From Spirochaetia bacterium (GTDB lineage Bacteria; Spirochaetota; Spirochaetia; DSM-2461): 64,000 nucleotides of DNA. The position numbers and the translations under genes are program-made. The stretch covers positions 1,344,001-1,408,000 of the forward strand of contig CAXXIA010000001.1 in assembly GCA_963666985.2 (NCBI GenBank), in the 5' to 3' direction. The notes under the pieces are model-generated. The model did not search any database, was not told the origin of the DNA, and saw nothing but the letters and a program-made list of their open reading frames with translations. Of the stretch, positions 57,183-64,000 are shown in pieces (the first letter of the stretch is position 1; the number at the start of each line of letters is the position of its first letter).

Positions 57183-58340
57183 TCACACGGCCCTCCCGTT
57201 CAGCCGATACACCTCGGCAAGAACCACGGAAACAACGTCCCAGTATTCCTCGGGTATTTCATCACCGAGTTCCACATTGTCATAAAGAGCCCGAGCCAAA
57301 GGACGATTTTCCACCATGGGAACGTCGGCCTCGCGCGCTATCTCCTTGATTCGAAGCGCCATATTATCCTGCCCCTTGGCGGTAACTTTCGGGGCATGCA
57401 TTGTCCGGTTATCCCATTTAAGAGCGATGGCGAAATGCGTCGGGTTGGTTACGACGACATCGGCTTCGGGAACCTGACGCACCATGGATGAGGCGAGAAC
57501 CTCCTGCATTCTTTGTCTCAGGCGGCTCTTAATCAGAGGATCTCCTTCGGTTTCCTTATATTCTTCCTTGATTTCATGCTTCGACATTTTCAAAGACTCT
57601 TTATGCTGCCGCCGCTGGAAAAAATAATCCGGAACGGCGAACACCAAAAGGAGCACCGCCGTTTCAAGCATGAGCCGAACGGCAATCCCGCCGACGAGAG
57701 TCATGGCCCGAAGCGGCGTGAGCTTCACGGCGCTTACGAGCCGCGGAATTTCTGATTTGATGTTCACATAGGCCAGAATCGCGATGATGGCCACTTTGGC
57801 GATGGATTTAAACAAGTTGAACATCGCTTCGGCGGAAAAAAAGGATTTCTGCGCCCATTTGGCGAAGTTCGGTGAAATTTTGGTAAAATCCGGCGTTATG
57901 GGCTTTGTGGAGAACAAAAACCCCACCTGCACGACATTTCCGAGAAAAGCGGCGATAAAACACACGCCCATTACCGGCATAGCAAGCCTGAGAAGATAAT
58001 TCCCCACGGCGGCCAAAGCGGCCGAAGTATTCCTCGGCTGAGCTACGGCCAAAGTAATAAAATAGCGGATCATTTCGGCCGAAATCAGAACGATACGGCG
58101 CGAATAAATCAGCAGGGTAATCAGTCCGAAAAGCATTACCAGCGCGGAGGTTATATCGCTTGACTTGGCAACCTTGCCTTCTTCACGGGCCTTCCTGATT
58201 TTTCGTTCGGTCGGATCTTCGGTACGGCCTTCATCCTCCGGAGCGAACCACTGCAGATGGATTCCGAAACGTTCATCCTCCGCAAGAGCGGGAACGGAAA
58301 CGGCGTATGTCCCATACGGAACTCCGTTATATGCGCTCAC
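57183..58340 (-). CDS. flhB: Flagellar export protein FlhB
   Basis: LQWFA..DEGRTE.PT, EGDP.IK.R, NPTH autocleavage motif. GTG 58340 overlaps the fliR stop. Confidence 0.96.
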   Translation of the reverse strand: MSAYNGVPYGTYAVSVPALAEDERFGIHLQWFAPEDEGRTEDPTERKIRKAREEGKVAKSSDITSALVMLFGLITLLIYSRRIVLISAEMIRYFITLAVAQPRNTSAALAAVGNYLLRLAMPVMGVCFIAAFLGNVVQVGFLFSTKPITPDFTKISPNFAKWAQKSFFSAEAMFNLFKSIAKVAIIAILAYVNIKSEIPRLVSAVKLTPLRAMTLVGGIAVRLMLETAVLLLVFAVPDYFFQRRQHKESLKMSKHEIKEEYKETEGDPLIKSRLRQRMQEVLASSMVRQVPEADVVVTNPTHFAIALKWDNRTMHAPKVTAKGQDNMALRIKEIAREADVPMVENRPLARALYDNVELGDEIPEEYWDVVSVVLAEVYRLNGRAV

Positions 58341-59134
58341 GGAAGAACCTCCTGAGTCGCCCGCAGATAGGACTCGATCATTCCGTATCCCATATCGATG
58401 AGCTGAGACATCTTCTCCGCGATAAAGGGTGTCGCGATTAAAAGAATAAGGAAACCGACGCCGATCTGTATCGGGAATCCGACCATCAGAAGGTTCATCT
58501 GCGGTGCCGCTTTGGCCAGAAGGCCCATGGTTACGGAGATAAGAACCAAAGTTCCCAAAATGGGAAAAGCGAGAATTAACGATTGTTCGAACAGTCCGCC
58601 GACGGCCCGTATGAACGTTTCCCTCAAAAAGTCCCCGGCGGCCAGGAAATCGGTTCCTTTGAGCACGCGGAACGATCCGGCCAATCCGGTTAAAAAAAGT
58701 TTCTGCATTCCTCCCACCGCGAGAAACACCGCCAAACCGATCAGATTCAGAAACTGACCGATTAATGGAATCTCGACTTGAGCCAAAGGATCGTATACCT
58801 GCGAAGCGCCGAATCCCATTTGGAACGAAAACAGCTGTCCGGCCGTCTGAAAAACGGCGAATATAATCTGAAGAAAAAGCCCCATCATGATTCCGAGGGC
58901 AATCTCGGCGATAAGAACCATGGCGTATCCCAATCCGGATTCGGGAAGCAGGCCGTAAGAATCGCCGACCAATGAGAAAAACATCATTGAGGAGAAAAAG
59001 GCCAAAGCACCTCTGGCCAAGGGAGGAATGGCGCTCGACGAAGTCAAAGGCGCCGTGCGCAAAAGCGCCGCGACCCTTGCGAAGACGACTAAGTACAGCC
59101 GTGCCCCGTCGATCAGAACACTCCAATCCGTCAT
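58337..59134 (-). CDS. fliR: Flagellar export protein FliR
   Basis: AGQLFSFQMGFG...YDP, LAKAAPQMN...GFP. Confidence 0.96.
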   Translation of the reverse strand: MTDWSVLIDGARLYLVVFARVAALLRTAPLTSSSAIPPLARGALAFFSSMMFFSLVGDSYGLLPESGLGYAMVLIAEIALGIMMGLFLQIIFAVFQTAGQLFSFQMGFGASQVYDPLAQVEIPLIGQFLNLIGLAVFLAVGGMQKLFLTGLAGSFRVLKGTDFLAAGDFLRETFIRAVGGLFEQSLILAFPILGTLVLISVTMGLLAKAAPQMNLLMVGFPIQIGVGFLILLIATPFIAEKMSQLIDMGYGMIESYLRATQEVLP

Positions 59135-59400
59135 TTAGCCAGATCCGGAATCCTCTCGAAGAGGATTGTCGTAAACGAAGTCAGCCGAGTAATCATCCAT
59201 CCGAAAAGCGCCGCGAGGACGCCGAGAATGGCGAGAATCTTCGGTACGAAAGAAAGCGTCTGATCCTGAATACTCGTCGTGGCCTGAATAATTGAAATAA
59301 TAAGACCGACGGCCATGGCGACAAGCAGAACCGGCGCCGATACGGTCAGAATGACGGTAACGGCCGATCTTACCAATTCGACGATATTGCCTAAATCCAC
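59131..59400 (-). CDS. fliQ: Flagellar export protein FliQ
   Basis: VGLIISIIQATTSIQDQTLSFVPK. Confidence 0.97.
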   Translation of the reverse strand: MDLGNIVELVRSAVTVILTVSAPVLLVAMAVGLIISIIQATTSIQDQTLSFVPKILAILGVLAALFGWMITRLTSFTTILFERIPDLAK

Positions 59401-59411
59401 CCGGCTCCTCC

Positions 59412-60218
59412 TTAGTTAAAACTCAGTACAATCTGCCTGACCAGCAGAGTCCAACCGTCCACCAAAACAAACAAAATCAATTTAAAGGGCATGGAAATCA
59501 TAACCGGCGGAAGCATAATCATTCCCATGGACATCAGCACCGACGCCACAACCATATCGATGATGATGAAGGGGACATAAAGATAAATTCCGATCCGAAA
59601 CGCCACCGTCAGTTCATGAAGCACAAACGCCGGAATCAGCACATAAGTGGGTACATCGGCGAACGTTCTCGGCTTTTCCAAACCCGACAAATTCATGAAC
59701 ATCGTGATATTCCCGATATCGCCGTCCATCTGCCGATACATGAAATATCTCACAGGAGCGATGGCCCTGTTATAGAGCTCGTCGGTTTGAATCTCTCCCT
59801 CGGAGAATGGAACGAACGCTTCCTCATACACCGAGGTAAACGTCGGAAACATAATAAACAGCGTAAGAAACAGCGCGATTCCCATCAAAACGGTGTTCGG
59901 AGGAACCTGCTGAAGCGAAAGCGCCCTTTTAACGAAATCAAGAACAATGGCGATACGCAGAAAGCTCGTTAAAAGAACGGCCAGCGACGGCGCGAGGCTG
60001 ATAACCGTCAGAAGAAGAAGGAGCTGGATGGAGAGCGCCGTCTCTTTATTGCTCTCCGGTTCCCTAATGGTTAAATCGACAAAAGGAATCGGAAGACCTC
60101 CGGCGGTTCCGATACCCTGCCCGCCTTCCCCGAGAGCGGCCGTTTCTTCCTGCGCGAAAAGCCCGGAGGGAAGAACGGCGAGAAAAAGAACGGCCCCAAT
60201 AATGATTCGCTTTTTCAT
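59412..60218 (-). CDS. fliP: Flagellar export protein FliP
   Basis: TSFLRI, QQVPPN, LMSMGMIMLPP..ISMPFK.ILFVLVDGW. Confidence 0.98.
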   Translation of the reverse strand: MKKRIIIGAVLFLAVLPSGLFAQEETAALGEGGQGIGTAGGLPIPFVDLTIREPESNKETALSIQLLLLLTVISLAPSLAVLLTSFLRIAIVLDFVKRALSLQQVPPNTVLMGIALFLTLFIMFPTFTSVYEEAFVPFSEGEIQTDELYNRAIAPVRYFMYRQMDGDIGNITMFMNLSGLEKPRTFADVPTYVLIPAFVLHELTVAFRIGIYLYVPFIIIDMVVASVLMSMGMIMLPPVMISMPFKLILFVLVDGWTLLVRQIVLSFN

Positions 60219-60853
60219 AAGTCTTTCAGCCGCTCCCGCTGACGCTTCAAATAAGAGGCGGGATCTTCGGCGGATTCTTCGGAAACGGACGAACCATTTT
60301 CCTCAAATCCCGAAGGAGAAGGACCTATTCCGAATTTATCTTTAAAGAGTCGGGCGAAACCGCCCTGAACAGGGCCGGGAGCGCGAGAAATCGCAAGTCT
60401 GACCGCGTCCACGGATTCCTTGTCGTCAATCTCCGAAACAAGATTAACCGTATTTCCTCCGCTTCCCACGAGGAAAATACGGCTGCCCACCTCAACAAGA
60501 TGCAGCGCCGCATCTCCTTTAAGCGGCCGTGTGGAAAGAAGCCTGATGGCGTCTTCCCTTTCGGCCTTAACGCCGGCGAACCTCTTGAGCATCCAGAAAA
60601 AACCGTAAATAAGAGCGATTACAAGGCCGAGAACCAGAATCATTTTGGCGAAATCGCCGAAACCGATGCCGGGGAGTTCCGTCCTGCCGTTATCGATTGG
60701 CTCGGCCTCGCCGCCGGAAGGCGAATTCGAGGGCGATTCCAGCAGAAGTTCGGTCTCCGGCGGCCGTTGAGAATTATTCTTTTCGGAATTTGCATCGCCC
60801 GCTTCCTGAGCACCTGCCGTCAGACAGACCGCGAGTAAAGCGAGCGTCAGCAC
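60215..60853 (-). CDS. fliO: FliO/FliZ family protein
   Basis: TM helix followed by IRLLSTRPL...LHLVEVG.R.FLVG; lies between fliY and fliP. Confidence 0.88.
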   Translation of the reverse strand: MLTLALLAVCLTAGAQEAGDANSEKNNSQRPPETELLLESPSNSPSGGEAEPIDNGRTELPGIGFGDFAKMILVLGLVIALIYGFFWMLKRFAGVKAEREDAIRLLSTRPLKGDAALHLVEVGSRIFLVGSGGNTVNLVSEIDDKESVDAVRLAISRAPGPVQGGFARLFKDKFGIGPSPSGFEENGSSVSEESAEDPASYLKRQRERLKDL

Positions 60854-60931
60854 TTGAGTCTTCAGTTTTCCCCTCCCAGTTCAACCGGCGTCCGCCCTTC
60901 CCCCGACGGGCGCCGACCACCTTTGGTTACA

Positions 60932-62077
60932 TCATCGCTCGGTCATCCTATCTATCGTCGATACAATTTCCGTGACGCGTACGCCGAAGTTCTCGTCGAT
61001 AACGACAACTTCGCCCCGTGCGATGAGATTATTATTCACCAAAATATCAACCGGTTCTCCGGCGAGTTTATCCAATTCGATAATGGTTCCCTCGCCCATT
61101 CCCAGAATATCTTTAATTTTCCATTTGGTACGGCCCAGTTCAACGGTAAGCTCCATGGAGACATCCATGAGAAGGCCGATATTCCGCTGTTCCCCGACGC
61201 TCATCGTAGGGTTCAGTTCGGGAAGCTGGACTCCTTGAACATTCGGTGCCGGCTGCATTCCAAAACCTCCCATCATCGGATTTCCCATTTGCTGAGCTCC
61301 CATGCTCTGCGGCATTTGCTGAAAGCCGCCCATGGGAACTCCGGGCTGCTGCATCCGCATTCCGCCGCCCATCGCCGCCGCCATTTGGTCCATACCCAAG
61401 CCCCCCGAGGCCGGAGCGCCCGCAGGTGCCGCGGCAACACCCAATTTCCCGGCGAGTTCGTTTATAATCGCCTTATCAAAAACTTCATAGAGCTTCAGAC
61501 TTCCCTGTCCCTCGATCTGCAAATCGTAGGTAATAAGGATAAAGCTGTCTCCGGGAAGACCGATCATGGCCTTGGGAACGCTTTGTCCTTCGGGGGATTC
61601 GGTCAGGATGGTTTCCCCGACGCTGTCGCCTATCGTTGTTACGGCCGAACCGGTTATTTGGCTCATGGCTTCGCTGACGGCGCTGATTGCCGTACCGTCG
61701 AGCTCCAGATCGTCCTGTCCGATCATGGGAGCGGCGATCTTCAACGCGTCCTCTCCCCGGATAACGTAAAGGTGCGGACCGACGATTCCGCTTTTATAGT
61801 CGATTTTTATCTCCACCACCTCATCGGGCAAGTCGGAGAGAAAAGTTTCCCGCTCCATTTCGTCGAAGCGGGGCGCTCCGACCGTTACGCTCTTCACCAT
61901 GATTCCGGAGAGGGTGGCGCTCTGCGCTCCGGTTACCTCACCGAGAAGGCCGAGAACGGCATTCTTCTGAGCATCGCCGAACCCTCCGCCGGCATGCGCG
62001 GCCGGAGAACTCTCGGCGGGTGCATCGCCCATCAAGAGAGCATCAATTTCATCTTGGGAGAGAGAGCCGTCACTCAT
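60932..62077 (-). CDS. fliY: Flagellar switch protein FliY/FliN
   Basis: LSQDEIDALL, CheC-like middle domain (SEAMSQ), C-terminal VELG...GEPVD..VN...ARGEVVV..ENFGVR. Confidence 0.92.
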   Translation of the reverse strand: MSDGSLSQDEIDALLMGDAPAESSPAAHAGGGFGDAQKNAVLGLLGEVTGAQSATLSGIMVKSVTVGAPRFDEMERETFLSDLPDEVVEIKIDYKSGIVGPHLYVIRGEDALKIAAPMIGQDDLELDGTAISAVSEAMSQITGSAVTTIGDSVGETILTESPEGQSVPKAMIGLPGDSFILITYDLQIEGQGSLKLYEVFDKAIINELAGKLGVAAAPAGAPASGGLGMDQMAAAMGGGMRMQQPGVPMGGFQQMPQSMGAQQMGNPMMGGFGMQPAPNVQGVQLPELNPTMSVGEQRNIGLLMDVSMELTVELGRTKWKIKDILGMGEGTIIELDKLAGEPVDILVNNNLIARGEVVVIDENFGVRVTEIVSTIDRMTER

Positions 62078-63102
62078 TCTTCATCTCCTTCGGTAACGAG
62101 TTCTTCAAACTCGTCTTCCTCGATATCTTCAATCTTACGTGTAATCTGAACAGCGATTTTCTTCCCGACCACACCCGGCCGACAGTCGAATTTCGGCCTG
62201 TTCCCCAGTTTCAGAACCATGGGATCTCCCACGCGCGTACCGGAAAGTCTGATGACATTGCCCGGCTGCAAGGACATAACATCCCTCATCGCAAGGTTAA
62301 TTTGGCCGATCTCGGCCACAAGCGGCACATCGATTGCCGAGAGCCGCTCGCGAAGGACATTCAGATTTTCCGTCGTGGCGCCCCTGCGGACCGACGAATA
62401 CCAGTACTGAGCGGAAAGCTTCGAAATAATCGGTTCAATCGTCAGATAGGGAATACAGAAATTCATCATTCCCTCGACTTCGCCCACCTTGGTTTCCAAG
62501 GTAACCAAAACCACCATTTCGGTGGGAGGGACAATCTGAACGAATTGAGGATTGGTTTCAATCTGGCCGAGCCTTGGGCGGAGATCAATCACCTGGCTCC
62601 AGGCTTCGCGCATGTTGCCCAAGATTCGGACGATGATGGATTCCATAACGGCCCGTTCGATTTCGGAAAGCTCTCTGTTGATTTTGGAGCCTTCTCCGGG
62701 ACCGCCGAAAAGACGATCGATAATCGTAAAGGTAATGGCGGGATCGATTTCAAGAATGGCCGAACCGGTCAGCGGGTCCATGTTGATAACCGCCAGGGCG
62801 GTCGGCGAAGGAATGGAGCGGAGGAATTCCTCGTATGTCAGCTGATCCACCGAAGCCACATGAACGTGAACCATGGACCGCAGCTGCGCGGCCAAACTCG
62901 TCGTGGTCAGACGCGCGAACGTTTCGTGCATGAAAGAAACGGTTCTGATCTGCTCTTTGGAGAATTTGTCCGGACGGCGGAAGTCCCAAATGCGGATATT
63001 TTTCCGTTCGGCGACCTGTCTGGTATCCTCGGTTTCCGCATCTCCGGAACTTATGGCCGTGAGTAGCTGATCAATTTCATCCTGTGAAAGGACTTCCGTC
63101 AC
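62074..63102 (-). CDS. fliM: Flagellar switch protein FliM
   Basis: LSQDEIDQLL, DFRRPDKFSKEQ, RLFGG.G, IETNPQF. Confidence 0.98.
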   Translation of the reverse strand: MTEVLSQDEIDQLLTAISSGDAETEDTRQVAERKNIRIWDFRRPDKFSKEQIRTVSFMHETFARLTTTSLAAQLRSMVHVHVASVDQLTYEEFLRSIPSPTALAVINMDPLTGSAILEIDPAITFTIIDRLFGGPGEGSKINRELSEIERAVMESIIVRILGNMREAWSQVIDLRPRLGQIETNPQFVQIVPPTEMVVLVTLETKVGEVEGMMNFCIPYLTIEPIISKLSAQYWYSSVRRGATTENLNVLRERLSAIDVPLVAEIGQINLAMRDVMSLQPGNVIRLSGTRVGDPMVLKLGNRPKFDCRPGVVGKKIAVQITRKIEDIEEDEFEELVTEGDEE

Positions 63103-63122
63103 TTCTTTCTACTCCGATCGGG

Positions 63123-63689
63123 TTAAAACCCGATAATCTGATACTGCAGGAACCAAACCTGCGCTATCTCGCCGCGCGCCAGCAGACTGTTGATTTTTCC
63201 GGCAAGCTCAACCTTCACGGCCGCTTCATCTTCCAATTGGGCACGCGTTCTCTGACTGAAATAGAAACGAACCATATCCATGATGGCGTCGTTCTTCTTG
63301 GTAAGCTCATCCGCCAAATCCCGATACTTCTCGCCGTCGTATCCGAGTTTGATTTTCGCCGAAACGGTGTAGCGTTCCGCATCGGCGGTCTGTGTTCTTA
63401 AGTCGTATCCTTCATCGGCCAAAAAAGTCCAAATGGCGTATTCGGGGACTTCGGTTTTGTACTCCTCGGAGAGTACGGGGAATTGTCGGGTTCGATTCCC
63501 TTTGTCCATGAAACGGTATGTAAGAAAGCTTACCGTAATGCTGACAAGAAGGGCGACGATTCCGATGGCCACGAACATAAGAACTTTGGCCATACGGTCC
63601 GAGAAGACTTTTCGTTTTTTCGGTTCCTCGATGGCATCTCCGCCGTCCGCTTCTATAGCGTTGCCGAGTTCGAGTTCCTCATCAGACAT
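63123..63689 (-). CDS. fliL: Flagellar basal body protein FliL
   Basis: N-terminal TM; KIKLGY...EL...I.D.VR.YF...INSLL..G.I..V.F; lies between motB and fliM. Confidence 0.88.
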   Translation of the reverse strand: MSDEELELGNAIEADGGDAIEEPKKRKVFSDRMAKVLMFVAIGIVALLVSITVSFLTYRFMDKGNRTRQFPVLSEEYKTEVPEYAIWTFLADEGYDLRTQTADAERYTVSAKIKLGYDGEKYRDLADELTKKNDAIMDMVRFYFSQRTRAQLEDEAAVKVELAGKINSLLARGEIAQVWFLQYQIIGF

Positions 63690-63785
63690 AGGACATCACC
63701 CTCCCCGGATGTCTACAAAATTTTACCACAAATAAATTAAGGACGCCAGCCCTCAGCGCCCGGACATCTGTTTCTTTTACAATAT

Positions 63786-64000
63786 TCATTCATGGGCCTC
63801 TTTCAGTATGACAATATCCACCCTGCGGTTTTCCGCTCTGTCTTCCTCGGAAAACTCCGGATCTTTCAGCTTGACCGTATCGGCGAATCCGGCGACCTGA
63901 AATCGCGATTCGTCGGCTCCGTAATCCACCAGATAATGAAGAACGGCCGCCGAACGCGCGGAAGAGAGCTCCCAGTTCGTCGGCCAGGGACCGTCAGGAT
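63786..64000 (-). CDS. motB: Flagellar stator MotB (C-terminal OmpA-like domain), 5' end beyond window edge
   Basis: Manual translation: [19 protein letters not shown]...AGFADT...[14 protein letters not shown]. Confidence 0.92.
   Translation of the reverse strand, partial: PDGPWPTNWELSSARSAAVLHYLVDYGADESRFQVAGFADTVKLKDPEFSEEDRAENRRVDIVILKEAHE

Noticed and set aside
57183..59126. 647-aa FlhB or FliR-FlhB fusion
   Set aside because: The extension is an off-frame overlap of fliR, which has its own stop overlapping the flhB GTG at 58340.
60854..63066. 431-aa and 348-aa plus-strand ORFs
   Set aside because: Antisense shadows of fliY and fliM.
1..64000. CRISPR array, prophage, transposase, rRNA or recognisable riboswitch
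   Set aside because: None seen by eye; intergenic gaps are at most about 210 bp and lack spaced direct repeats. An Rfam scan was not possible.

Overview
Core chromosomal DNA from a spirochaete (Spirochaetota), inferred from a spiro-SPASM gene, a UPF0164 gene, the murG-cvpA-holB-HK-sigma54 regulator order and a FliY/FlhB of spirochaete type. In order, the window holds: (1) a minus-strand sugar-modification operon (spiro-SPASM, GT-A-like protein, SpsF cytidylyltransferase, PseG-like/methyltransferase fusion, ATP-grasp ligase); (2) xseAB; (3) an envelope cluster (PEGA protein, zinc-ribbon protein, ~1700-aa Asp-box/HAMP/PP2C phosphatase, large helical protein, UPF0164 protein); (4) a TIR-like/ankyrin gene head-to-head with a TPR membrane protein; (5) the murG to sigma54-activator operon plus a TrpR-like gene; (6) tRNA-Val, dsbD, a MITE, galK, pfp and a radical SAM-HhH gene; (7) an AT-richer c-di-GMP/two-component block; (8) a candidate orphan sRNA, rsmE and an NYN-LOTUS nuclease; (9) the distal flagellar operon from motB to fliA/fapA, ending in a divergent CheA. 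I saw no CRISPR array, prophage or transposase. All calls come from reading motifs by eye; no database search or folding program was run.
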